The position numbers were made by a program, and so were the translations under genes. Of a stretch of 64,000 nt of DNA, positions 10,066 to 18,736 are shown piece by piece (position 1 is the first letter of the stretch; every line of letters begins with the position of its first letter). Below the pieces are notes generated by a model. The model had not been told where the DNA came from and did not search any database. It worked only from the letters and a program-made list of their open reading frames with translations. Source of the DNA: Abditibacterium sp. GTDB lineage: Bacteria; Armatimonadota; Abditibacteriia; Abditibacteriales; Abditibacteriaceae. The DNA lies in assembly GCA_965199495.1 (NCBI GenBank), contig CBDASK010000003.1, forward strand, positions 1,472,001 to 1,536,000, written 5' to 3'.

Positions 10066-10473
10066 ATGAACATCAAAACGGATAACTCCATTGGGCAACG
10101 CCAGACCCGGCAACGTGACGCGATTTTGCAGGTGATTAGCGAAGCGCCGGGGCCGCTTTCGGTGCCCGAAATCCACGAGAAAGCCACCGAAAAATTGGAA
10201 ACCCTGGGCATCGCGACGGTTTATCGCACGCTCAAACTTTTGCAGGAAAGCGAGCAGATTCAGCAGGTTATTTTGCCGACGGGTGAATCACGTTTCGAGT
10301 CGGCAGAACATGGGCATCACGAACATTTCCAGTGTCGTTCCTGCACACGCGTTTTCGACGTTCACACTTGTTCACTACCCAAAATGCACGGAGCGACTTT
10401 GCCCGGTGGCTTCGTCGTCGAAGACCACGAACTGACGTATTATGGCACTTGCCCGGATTGCGTGACGCGCTAA
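10066..10473 (+). CDS. Fur family metalloregulator (Zur/Fur/PerR type)
   Basis: TRQRDAIL, LGIATVYRTLKLL, HHEHFQCRSC, GTCPDC. Confidence 0.92.
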   Translation: MNIKTDNSIGQRQTRQRDAILQVISEAPGPLSVPEIHEKATEKLETLGIATVYRTLKLLQESEQIQQVILPTGESRFESAEHGHHEHFQCRSCTRVFDVHTCSLPKMHGATLPGGFVVEDHELTYYGTCPDCVTR

Positions 10474-10484
10474 CGCCGCTTTAT

Positions 10485-10680
10485 TAGACCTCTTGCAAAA
10501 GTCGCAAACGAGCGTGAAAGCGCCCGTGCCAGCGAATGAATTCGCGGCTGGGAGGCTAAAGCCGGGAGTCCGCCTGCGCGGACACGAAGAACCGTCGAAT
10601 TCCTTTGTCCGCGCAGGCGGACTCCCGGCTTTAGCCTCCCAGCCGCGAATTTATTCGCTGGCACTTTTGCAAGAGGTTTA
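10485..10680. mobile_element. MITE-like element: 18-bp terminal inverted repeats around a long REP-like hairpin
   Basis: TAGACCTCTTGCAAAAGT (10485) and ACTTTTGCAAGAGGTTTA (10663), one mismatch; inner ~59-bp near-perfect inverted repeat. Confidence 0.7.
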
Positions 10681-11352
10681 TTGATTGGGCAGTAAATCGC
10701 AAAAAGCGAAACGTTCTTCGCGCACGACGACTTCGCCGCGCTGGCATTTCACGGGCGCGCTAAAACCGGGGCCGTCCCACACGAAGCTGTGGAATTCGCC
10801 GTTTTCACCGCACGGATCAATATTGGGCGGCAGGTCGCGCAACAGAGCCACGTCGAAGGCGCGCCCGGCGAAACTGGCGTCGAGCGCGTGCGTATCCACG
10901 CAACTCAAAACCGCCTGAAAGCCCGCGCCGATGAACTCGCGCGCCAATTCCGCCGTGTCGCGGTTCCACAACGGAAAATGCGCCCGCAGGCCGTGGCTGC
11001 TCAACATGGCCTCGCGATAATCGCGCACATCGCGCAAAAATAGATCGCCCGCCGCGACGCACGCGATATTCTGCGCGCGCAAACTTTGTAGCGCCGCGCC
11101 CATCGCGTTTTCATATTGCGCGTTGGTGCAACGCGCGGGCACAGCGACGATTTGTAGCGGCACGTCCAGCGCCGCCGTCTGCGCTTCCAACAAAACGCGG
11201 CGCACGCCGTGAATACTAATGCGGTCGTAATCTTGCGTCACGGTCGTCAGCAAAACGCGCACGTCGAAATTGGGATCGGCGCGCAGGGCGCGCAAGGCCA
11301 GCGCGCTGTCTTTGCCACCGCTCCACAATAAAGCTATCGGTTCGGGATTCAC
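10678..11352 (-). CDS. Adenine nucleotide alpha-hydrolase / diphthine-ammonia ligase-like ATP-binding protein
   Basis: WSGGKDS PP-loop, GDLFL, DPCGENGEFHSFV; GTG start at 11352 (the track's N-terminal extension overlaps rpmG). Confidence 0.85.
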   Translation of the reverse strand: MNPEPIALLWSGGKDSALALRALRADPNFDVRVLLTTVTQDYDRISIHGVRRVLLEAQTAALDVPLQIVAVPARCTNAQYENAMGAALQSLRAQNIACVAAGDLFLRDVRDYREAMLSSHGLRAHFPLWNRDTAELAREFIGAGFQAVLSCVDTHALDASFAGRAFDVALLRDLPPNIDPCGENGEFHSFVWDGPGFSAPVKCQRGEVVVREERFAFCDLLPNQ

Positions 11353-11484
11353 CCCTTGAATGTAAAAGTTCGGCGCGCGTTCGTCAAGCGCACTTCTCCA
11401 CAGAAATTGGCGCCTGTTGTCCCTCAGCTTGCACTTCGATGGGTGAGTTAGTAAAATAGAAAGGCTGAAAATCAGGAGAATATC

Positions 11485-11646
11485 ATGGCTAAAAAAGGCA
11501 ACACCGTCATCGTCAAATTGCGCTCGTCCGAGAGCGATTACCGCTACTACACCACCAAAAACAAGAAGAACACCACCGGTCGCATGGAAATCAAAAAATA
11601 TGATCCCATCGTGCGCAAACATGTGGACTTCAAAGAGGAACGCTAA
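11485..11646 (+). CDS. rpmG: 50S ribosomal protein L33, cysteine-free (C-) form
   Basis: MAKKGNTVIVKLRSSESDYRYYTTKNKKNTTGRMEIKKYDPIVRKHVDFKEER*; AGGAG RBS; missed by the ORF track. Confidence 0.95.
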   Translation: MAKKGNTVIVKLRSSESDYRYYTTKNKKNTTGRMEIKKYDPIVRKHVDFKEER

Positions 11647-11780
11647 AAACTCAACCAATCGCCTCCAAGGGCGAAGCCTTGACTTCGCCCGCGCAAAAGA
11701 GCGGAACGCAACAGCTTTCCGGGGCGTATTGGAACCTCTAATTGATAATTGCTTCTCTTTATCATAAAAACGTTCTCTCC

Positions 11781-12269
11781 ATGTTTCAATTTATCCGCAC
11801 CGACGATAGCGCCCCCATCGCTTCCTCCGCGCCGAACTTGCGCGCGTCCGCAACCGATGCAAATGACTTAACGCGTCTGGGCAAATTGGATCGAGCGGGC
11901 GCGACGGCTTCGTTTTTGTGCGCGATTCACTGCGCGTTGATGCCGCTTGTAGTGACAATATTGCCGCTATTGGGTTTGGGATTTCTCTCTTCCGAACCCG
12001 TCGAGTGGGCGTTGTTGACGGCTTCAGCGACGTTGGGCAGTTTGAGTTTGTGTCTGGGATTTCGCAAGCATCGCAAGCGCCGCACTTTCATGGTTTTGGC
12101 GATTGCGCTCGCGATTATGGTCGCCGGACGCATTTTCCACGAGCGTCATTTTGGCATCTGGGGGCCGGTTTTGATGGTCATCGGCGGATTGATGATGATG
12201 GGCGCGCATCTGCTCAATCATCGGTTGTGTCACTCGTGCGCGACTTGCAGTTCGCACGAGTGCGGTTAA
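11781..12269 (+). CDS. MerC-domain membrane protein
   Basis: LDRAGATASFLCAIHC motif, four TMs, Cys/His-rich C-terminus CHSCATCSSHECG. Confidence 0.8.
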   Translation: MFQFIRTDDSAPIASSAPNLRASATDANDLTRLGKLDRAGATASFLCAIHCALMPLVVTILPLLGLGFLSSEPVEWALLTASATLGSLSLCLGFRKHRKRRTFMVLAIALAIMVAGRIFHERHFGIWGPVLMVIGGLMMMGAHLLNHRLCHSCATCSSHECG

Positions 12270-12426
12270 AATTTGGAAATGTGTGGAACGCCAGCGCGTC
12301 AAATTGAGTTTTGGCGCGCTGTTTTGCCCACAGTTCTTGGTGCCCTGCCCGCGCGTTACGAGTTCGCGAGCGCGCTCTTTATGTCAAACTTTCGCGGGTC
12401 AGTCATTTTTCCGGGAGATTTCTTCA

Positions 12427-13575
12427 ATGAACGCTAATCCTACCCTCAACGCGCCCGCGCCCAAGCCGGTGGCTCGCCGCGCGGTGCCCAATTCCTCGGC
12501 GACCGAAACTTTGCCGGTGCCCGCCAAGTGGCGCGCCGGGCAACTGTTCTTCATCGCGCTGGTCTTGCTGGGCGCCATCGCCTACAACCTGTTCTTCATT
12601 CAGTGGCCCTTCATCTTTAAAACGATTCAGGCGGGCAACCTCAAAGCGGCATTGCCGATGTTCGCGCTGGGCGACCAACTCGGCTTTGTGCTGCTGGCCG
12701 CGATGATCTGGCTCTGCACGCCTGCCGCTGGGACGGTCGCCGTGGCTACATTGCAGGAGGCGTTGCGGCGGCGCTGGGTCATCGGATTTTTGGCGTTCTC
12801 GACTATCGTGCTGCTCTTTTCCGGCTCGCTGACTTTCGTGCAATTGGGCGAGGAGCAGCGATTTTTGCAGGACATGGGGACTGGCTTCATCATCGCCATG
12901 ACGATTTTGATCGCCATCTTTTTGGGCGTGACGCTCGTGCCACCCGAAGTCGAGCGCCGCACGATTTTCACGATTTTGTCGAAGCCGGTCAATCGTCTCG
13001 AATTTCTCTTGGGCAAGTTTTATGGTTTGTGCCTGACTTTGTTCGTGTGTTTGTTCTGGCTCAGCGCGGTGTTTTTGCTGGTTTTCGTGGTATTCAACCT
13101 GCGGCAAAACCCCGCAGCGTGGACGACGGGCACCGCCTACGAACCAACAGCCACGTTGGGCTTTCAAACCCTCAATCTCGCCAAAGCGTTACTTTTGCAC
13201 TACGGCCAATTGATCGTATTAGCGGCGCTTTCTCTGATGCTTTCGCTGATCGTCACGCCCATCACGGCGATTACCTTTTGCTTTTTAGCCTTTTTCGGCG
13301 GACAGATGTCGTCTTATTGGGGCCATCTGGGCGGAGAAGGTCACGATACGCACGCTGAAGAAGCCGGACACGGCCTCAATGGCGCGATGCAAAACGTTGT
13401 CAAAATCGTTTATTACGCGTTGCCACGCATGGATCACTTCGACGTGCGCCCGCAGTTGGTTACCGATACCGCCATCGCAATTCCGGTGATGTGGAGGGCG
13501 TGGAGCGGCGGCTTGATTTACGTTTCGGTTTTGCTGACCATCGCTTATCTGATTTTTTCGGATCGCGAATTTTAA
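12427..13575 (+). CDS. ABC-2 type transporter permease
   Basis: EVERRTIFTILSKPVNRLEFLLGKF motif; C-terminal FSDREF; GGGAG RBS before ATG 12427. Confidence 0.82.
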   Translation: MNANPTLNAPAPKPVARRAVPNSSATETLPVPAKWRAGQLFFIALVLLGAIAYNLFFIQWPFIFKTIQAGNLKAALPMFALGDQLGFVLLAAMIWLCTPAAGTVAVATLQEALRRRWVIGFLAFSTIVLLFSGSLTFVQLGEEQRFLQDMGTGFIIAMTILIAIFLGVTLVPPEVERRTIFTILSKPVNRLEFLLGKFYGLCLTLFVCLFWLSAVFLLVFVVFNLRQNPAAWTTGTAYEPTATLGFQTLNLAKALLLHYGQLIVLAALSLMLSLIVTPITAITFCFLAFFGGQMSSYWGHLGGEGHDTHAEEAGHGLNGAMQNVVKIVYYALPRMDHFDVRPQLVTDTAIAIPVMWRAWSGGLIYVSVLLTIAYLIFSDREF

Positions 13576-13587
13576 TCTTTCCTAAGC

Positions 13588-13627
13588 AAAAAGCCCCGCG
13601 CTCAAATCATCGAGTGCGGGGCTTTTT
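13588..13627. terminator. Bidirectional intrinsic terminator
   Basis: AAAAAGCCCCGCGCTC...GAGTGCGGGGCTTTTT between convergent genes. Confidence 0.8.
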
Positions 13628-13642
13628 AATTTTGCTATCAAT

Positions 13643-14320
13643 TCACTCGACGCTACTCAAAACAGCTTGAACCACGATGCGATTGGAGGTGTGCGGCATG
13701 GTGCAGGTGATCAGCGTCAGAATCGGTGTTTCGCCGGGTTTGGGTTGCGCCATAATCGAATAATCGGTGTCGGTCGTGGTAAAGACGCGCCCGGTTGTGT
13801 AGGTAAATTTGCCGTCGCGATTTTGCAAAACGATGGGCGCGCCCGGCATAATCTGATCTACGTTATAAAAATAAGAGCCGTAAATATTGCGATGACCGGC
13901 CAAAACGCAGTTGCCCACGCCCGGCATCGCCGAGTTAGGATCGTGACCGGGGCCACGCCGCAACGCGGCTTCGTCCCAGCCCTGCACCGCGTAAGTTTGC
14001 AAATCAATATCGGCGATGCTCATTTTGGTCAAAGGCCACTTCTGTGGCGATTTCGCGACGATTTGTTGCCCCATCGTCGGATCATCGGACGACGATTTCG
14101 AGTTGACCGTAGGTTTAGCCGGTTTGAGCGCGATTTTCTTGGCGTTTTTTTTGGTGGACGTTTGGTTTTGCGCCTCCCACTGCTTTTCCAGTTGGCTTTG
14201 GTTATAACGCGCGTAAACGGTTTGGGCGAACGGCCAGCTCGCCAGCATCAGGCCGCCAACGATGGCGCCGTTGAGGAGCCAGCGCACGGAGCGGCGCGAA
14301 CCCGAAGGAGAAACGGACAT
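13643..14320 (-). CDS. Sortase (class D/E-like)
   Basis: N-terminal TM; GNCVLAGHR (His), TLITC (Cys), NRIVV (Arg) catalytic triad. Confidence 0.92.
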   Translation of the reverse strand: MSVSPSGSRRSVRWLLNGAIVGGLMLASWPFAQTVYARYNQSQLEKQWEAQNQTSTKKNAKKIALKPAKPTVNSKSSSDDPTMGQQIVAKSPQKWPLTKMSIADIDLQTYAVQGWDEAALRRGPGHDPNSAMPGVGNCVLAGHRNIYGSYFYNVDQIMPGAPIVLQNRDGKFTYTTGRVFTTTDTDYSIMAQPKPGETPILTLITCTMPHTSNRIVVQAVLSSVE

Positions 14321-14340
14321 GGGGAAGAGTAGACGCGCAC

Positions 14341-14376
14341 AAAAAACGCCGGTTTCGCAGAGGAAACCGGCGTTTT
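14341..14376 (-). terminator. Terminator between the substrate gene and the sortase gene
   Basis: AAAAAACGCCGGTTTC-gcagag-GAAACCGGCGTTTT. Confidence 0.75.
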
Positions 14377-14414
14377 AATTTCAGCGCGCAAACGCGAATC
14401 TGCGCAATTAAACA

Positions 14415-14810
14415 CTACGCAGCGACTTTGCGACGCATCGCCACAGCCGCGCCCGCGATGGACAAACCGGCCAAAACCGCGATCATCGGCTCGCCGCCGG
14501 TGTTGGGAATCGAGGAGGTGTCGCCGCCCGAAGCCGCATCGTCGGGGGCCACAAAGCCACCGTTACCTGCGACAGAGCCATCGGGGCTAACGCCAGATGT
14601 GGTTGTGGTCGTTGTGGTGTTGGTGATGCCGCCAGTATCGGCGGAACCGGAACCGGCCGAGCCGAATTCACTAGAACCTCCGAACGAGCCGGAAGAAGAT
14701 GGTTGAGTTGGCGCGGGTTGCGGGACGTCACGGGAGCCGGGTTGGGCCTGAGCGATTTGGGTGGTGGCCACCAAAAGGCCACTCAAAAGAATCCAGCGAA
14801 ATTTTTTCAT
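14415..14810 (-). CDS. Small secreted Gly/Ser/Thr-rich protein with an LPXTG-like (IPNTG) sorting signal
   Basis: Signal peptide MKKFRWILL..AQA; C-terminus IPNTGG, hydrophobic helix, RRK tail; GAGGA RBS. Confidence 0.85.
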   Translation of the reverse strand: MKKFRWILLSGLLVATTQIAQAQPGSRDVPQPAPTQPSSSGSFGGSSEFGSAGSGSADTGGITNTTTTTTTSGVSPDGSVAGNGGFVAPDDAASGGDTSSIPNTGGEPMIAVLAGLSIAGAAVAMRRKVAA

Positions 14811-15101
14811 GTTTTTCCTCACTTTCTAAATAGTGGGTCAAAAGCGAAGCCACTGACCCGAATCCCACAGTATGTTTCAAACTGCGTGCCGAGACAACAA
14901 ATTTCTCTTTTGCTCCCTAACGTTTTCTTGATACCAGCGTTTGGCCACCGAAAATTTTCGAGATTTTTCAAAAAAGCGCACCTTTTCTTTACCGCATTTT
15001 CGGCCAGAGGTCAAGTTAAAGCGAAGAATAATTCGCCCCGATTTCCCTCTGACGCTCTTTGCCGTTCCATTTTATCCTGTTAGCCCGCAGCTTTTTCGAT
15101 C

Positions 15102-16097
15102 ATGTTTTTTTCCCGCGCCGCCAAAATCGCTTTTTTGAGCGCGCTTTGTCTTCTCATCATCGCGGGCGCTCTATCCTGGGGCGCTCCGGTTCCGCTCTCC
15201 GATTTGTGGTCGGGCGACGCCAGCCACGCCGAAGTCGCGCGCCATATTTTTCTCGAACTGCGCCCGCCGCGCGCCGTGGCTGCCCTGCTCGTTGGCGCCA
15301 GTCTCGCCATCGCCGGAGCGGGTTTGCAAACGATGTTCAATAACCCGCTCGCCGAACCCTATTTATTGGGCATTTCGGCGGGCGGCGCGTTGGGCGCGAC
15401 GGTTTCGGTCGCGCTCAAACTGCCGCCAATTGGCGCCTTCGACGCGGGCGCCCTACTGGCGTTCGTCGGCGCCTTAATTACGGCATTGGCGGTTTACGCC
15501 CTCGGCCAACCGCGCGGCGAAACATCGGCGGCCAATAGCAGCGCACGATTGCTCTTGGTCGGCGTGGCGATTTCGGCGTTATTATCATCGCTGATGTCTT
15601 TAGTCATCGCGCTTTCGGGCCGTTTAGATTTCGCGCAACAAGTCTCGTTCTGGCTTTTGGGCAGTTTCGAGCGTTCGTCGTGGCCGCAAAACGCGGTTTT
15701 GCTGGGCGCGTTTATCACCGGATTACTACTTTTGTTGGGTAGCGCGCGCGATCTCAACGCGTTGCGCGCCGGAGAAGAGGACGCGTCGGCATTGGGCGTC
15801 GAAGTCCAAGCGGTGCATCGGCGCATTCTTATCGCCGCCAGCTTGCTGAGCGCGGCCAGCGTCGCGGCGGCGGGCCTCATCGGATTTATCGGCTTGCTGG
15901 CGCCCCATATTGTGCGACTACTGGGCGCGCGCGATGTGCGCGCCTTATTGCCCGCCTCGGCGCTGGGCGGCGCGACCTTGCTCATCGCGTGCGATGCCCT
16001 CGCGCGCGGCGCGTTCGCGCCCATCGAAATTCCAGTCGGCATAGTCACGGCACTTTTGGGAGTGCCGTTATTTCTTTCCGTCGCGCGGCGGATGTAA
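15102..16097 (+). CDS. FecCD/BtuC family ABC permease
   Basis: NPLAEPYLLGISAG, GLIGFIGLLAPHI, EIPVGIVTALLG. Confidence 0.92.
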   Translation: MFFSRAAKIAFLSALCLLIIAGALSWGAPVPLSDLWSGDASHAEVARHIFLELRPPRAVAALLVGASLAIAGAGLQTMFNNPLAEPYLLGISAGGALGATVSVALKLPPIGAFDAGALLAFVGALITALAVYALGQPRGETSAANSSARLLLVGVAISALLSSLMSLVIALSGRLDFAQQVSFWLLGSFERSSWPQNAVLLGAFITGLLLLLGSARDLNALRAGEEDASALGVEVQAVHRRILIAASLLSAASVAAAGLIGFIGLLAPHIVRLLGARDVRALLPASALGGATLLIACDALARGAFAPIEIPVGIVTALLGVPLFLSVARRM

Positions 16098-16213
16098 AAG
16101 CGAACCGATAAGCGCAGAGTTTGCGCTTGATGTATTGAAATTTGCCTGCGGCATCGGCGGCGCCATCAACCACGTCGCGCGCCACGCGTTGCCGCAAGGC
16201 AAACTGAAACTTC

Positions 16214-16858
16214 ATGAGCAGAGTCCAACCCAAAGTGCCGCAATTGTCCAGCGACGAACTCGAACCGTGCGATTTGTCCGAAATCGAACTGCGGCCCGAA
16301 GCCGACTGGAGTCACTTAACAGCCACGGGATTGGCCAGTGGCGACGCCAAAGACGCGATATTCGACGAGATCGAATGGCAGGCCGCGCGTCTGGGCGCGG
16401 CGCGTTGGGAGCGCGCGACATGGCGCGATTGTCGCTTTTTCGGTTGCGATTTGGCGGGCGCCCTCGCTACGCGCATCGCCGTGACGCGCACTGAATTTAG
16501 CGATTGTCGTTTGCGCAGCATTAACGCGCCCGAAAGCGATTGGAACGATGTCGAATTTCGCCATTGCAACTTGGCGGGCGCGCATCTGCGGTTTTCGCGC
16601 TGGAAACTTTGTCGCTTCACTGATTGTGATTTGAGCGGCAGCGATTGGACAAACGCCGATGCGCGCGGTCTGGTGTTTCAGGGTTGCGATTTGCGCGGCG
16701 CCAACTTTAATTTTGCCCGTCTAAGCGGCACCGATTGGCGCACTTGTCAAACTGAAAATCTGCACATCAACGACAAAGCGCTCAAAGGTTTAATTTGCGA
16801 ACCGCTGCAAGCCGCACAGTTCGCCAAAGTTCTGGGTTTGGATGTGCGCTGGGATTAA
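16214..16858 (+). CDS. Soluble pentapeptide repeat protein
   Basis: Continuous FxxCDL / CNLAGA repeats. Confidence 0.85.
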   Translation: MSRVQPKVPQLSSDELEPCDLSEIELRPEADWSHLTATGLASGDAKDAIFDEIEWQAARLGAARWERATWRDCRFFGCDLAGALATRIAVTRTEFSDCRLRSINAPESDWNDVEFRHCNLAGAHLRFSRWKLCRFTDCDLSGSDWTNADARGLVFQGCDLRGANFNFARLSGTDWRTCQTENLHINDKALKGLICEPLQAAQFAKVLGLDVRWD

Positions 16859-16859
16859 A

Positions 16860-16942
16860 AATCAGCCACCAAGAAGGAAAATATTAATTTGTAAAAGCAA
16901 GATTATAAAATTTAGTTCTTCTTTGTTCTTCTATGGCTGATT
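16860..16942. repeat. Degenerate AGCCAC-ended inverted repeat
   Basis: aatcagccaccaagaag ... cttctatggctgatt; related to 51309-51420. Confidence 0.5.
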
Positions 16943-16949
16943 ATTAAAA

Positions 16950-17732
16950 ATGAAACTCGATATTCAACATTTACAAGTCCAACTCGGCGCGCGCGCGGTT
17001 TTGAACGATGTTTCGCTCGCCGTCGAAGCGGGCGAATTGTGTTGCGTCATCGGGCCGAACGGGAGCGGCAAATCAACGCTGTTGCGCGCAATTGTCGGCA
17101 TCGTCAAGGCGCAAGCGGGCGCGATTACTTGGAATGGCGCGCCTTTACCCGACGAGCGCGCGGCGCGCGCGAGATTAGTGGCGATGTTGCCGCAAAATAC
17201 GGGAAGCGGCGGCGAAATGACAATCGAAGCGATGGCGATGCTGGGGCGAACGCCGCATCTGCCGCCCTATGGAACGCCCAGCCGCGCCGACCGCGAAATT
17301 GTCGAAGCGGCCCTCGAATTGGTCGCGCCCGATTTGCGCGGGCGCTTGCTGGGCGAACTTTCGGGCGGCGAGCGGCAACGCGCGTTGTTGGGCCGCGCGC
17401 TCGCGACGCAAGCGCCGATTTTGTTGTTGGACGAACCAATTTCGGCGCTCGATATTCGTTATCAACACGAGATTTTGGCTTTAATTAAACGCTTGACGCG
17501 CGAACGCAATCTGGCGACGATTTGCGTTTTGCACGGCATTAATCTGGCGGCGCAGGTCGCCGATTCGATGTTACTTTTGGACGAGGGCGGCGCCGTGGCT
17601 GCATCGGGCGCGCCGTCGCAAGTAATGACCGAAGCCAACATGACGCGGGTTTATGAGGTGCCGCTCAAAATAGCGCCGCACCCGCAAAGCGGTAGGCCGC
17701 AGGCGCAAACGTGGTGGGATTTTGGAGGTTGA
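16950..17732 (+). CDS. ABC transporter ATP-binding protein (FecE/BtuD-like)
   Basis: GPNGSGKST, LSGGERQR, LLLDEP. Confidence 0.92.
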   Translation: MKLDIQHLQVQLGARAVLNDVSLAVEAGELCCVIGPNGSGKSTLLRAIVGIVKAQAGAITWNGAPLPDERAARARLVAMLPQNTGSGGEMTIEAMAMLGRTPHLPPYGTPSRADREIVEAALELVAPDLRGRLLGELSGGERQRALLGRALATQAPILLLDEPISALDIRYQHEILALIKRLTRERNLATICVLHGINLAAQVADSMLLLDEGGAVAASGAPSQVMTEANMTRVYEVPLKIAPHPQSGRPQAQTWWDFGG

Positions 17733-17755
17733 AGCAAACTATCCAACATCAACCA

Positions 17756-18661
17756 ATGCAATTCTCCAAGATTCTGCGCGCGCTCCCGCTTTTCGCTCTC
17801 CTCGCTGGATGCAGCGCGCCCCAACCAACAGCCACGGCGCCCGCCTCGAACGTTCAAAGCGCGCAGTTTCCCAACGATGATCTGAATCGGCCCGTTGATT
17901 TGAAGGCGCCCGCCAAACGCGTGATCGTGATTGGGCCGGGCGCCGTCGAGACGATGTTTGCCATCGGCGCTGGCAAGCAACTCGTCGGGCGCGATAGTTA
18001 TGAGGGCATCCCGCCCGCCGCCAAAGACGTGGCAATTGCGGGCGATTTCAAGGGGCCAAACGTTGAACAATCGGTCGCGCTGCGGCCCGATTTGATCATC
18101 GTGCAGGGCGAAACTTACGACAAAGCGCGCGTCGAAAACTGGCAAACCAAAATCGGCGTGCCCGTCGCTGCTCTGACGCCGACGACTCTCCAAATGGTGC
18201 GCGAAGATATTCTCAAAATGGGACAATGGACGGGCCAAACCGCGCAAGCACAAAAAGTCGCGGACGCTTTGAATGTGCCCGCGCCGACCAAAACTGGCGC
18301 CAAAGCGTTCATCGAAATCGAGCGCAGTCCGCTCTATTCGGCGGGGCCAGAGACGCTGGTTGGCAACGTCATCGAAGCGGCGGGTTTGAGCAACGTCGCG
18401 CGAATTAAGGGTTACGCGCCCTATAATGTGGAGAGTTTGCTGAGCGACCCGCCCGACGTTTACATCGTCACTTCTGATAAACCCAAAACGCAAGTCGTGG
18501 CGGAATTGCGAAAATCACCGGCCCTTTCTAAATTGGATTGCATCCAAAAGGGCCGCGTCATCGTCATGGATGGCGACCTGATTTTGCGGCCCAGTCCGCG
18601 ACTGAAACAGGGCATCGAAAAACTCAAGGAACAAATGGCAGGGAACAAGGGACAAGATTAG
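17756..18661 (+). CDS. Helical-backbone substrate-binding lipoprotein (BtuF/FhuD-like)
   Basis: Lipobox LLAGC; ETMFAIGAG, NVEQSVALRPDL, RPSPRL. Confidence 0.87.
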   Translation: MQFSKILRALPLFALLAGCSAPQPTATAPASNVQSAQFPNDDLNRPVDLKAPAKRVIVIGPGAVETMFAIGAGKQLVGRDSYEGIPPAAKDVAIAGDFKGPNVEQSVALRPDLIIVQGETYDKARVENWQTKIGVPVAALTPTTLQMVREDILKMGQWTGQTAQAQKVADALNVPAPTKTGAKAFIEIERSPLYSAGPETLVGNVIEAAGLSNVARIKGYAPYNVESLLSDPPDVYIVTSDKPKTQVVAELRKSPALSKLDCIQKGRVIVMDGDLILRPSPRLKQGIEKLKEQMAGNKGQD

Positions 18662-18726
18662 GAACGCGAAAGTCCACTCACTTTCGCTCACCATCCTTGT
18701 CCCCTGTTTCTTGCTCCTTGTCCCTT
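18641..18726. repeat. Inverted heptamer arrays (GGRACAA type)
   Basis: gggaacaagggacaag ... ccttgtcccctgtttcttgctccttgtccct. Confidence 0.65.
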
Positions 18727-18736
18727 ACAAATTATT

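Noticed and set aside
10470..10684. Two mirror-image ORFs (PANEFAAGRLKPG..)
   Set aside because: Artefacts of the palindromic element.
11353..11658. N-terminal extension of ORF 10678-11658
   Set aside because: Overlaps rpmG on the opposite strand; family similarity begins near GTG 11352.
18662..18736. Possible glmS ribozyme
   Set aside because: The gap is only 75 nt and is taken up by heptamer repeats; no ribozyme core seen.
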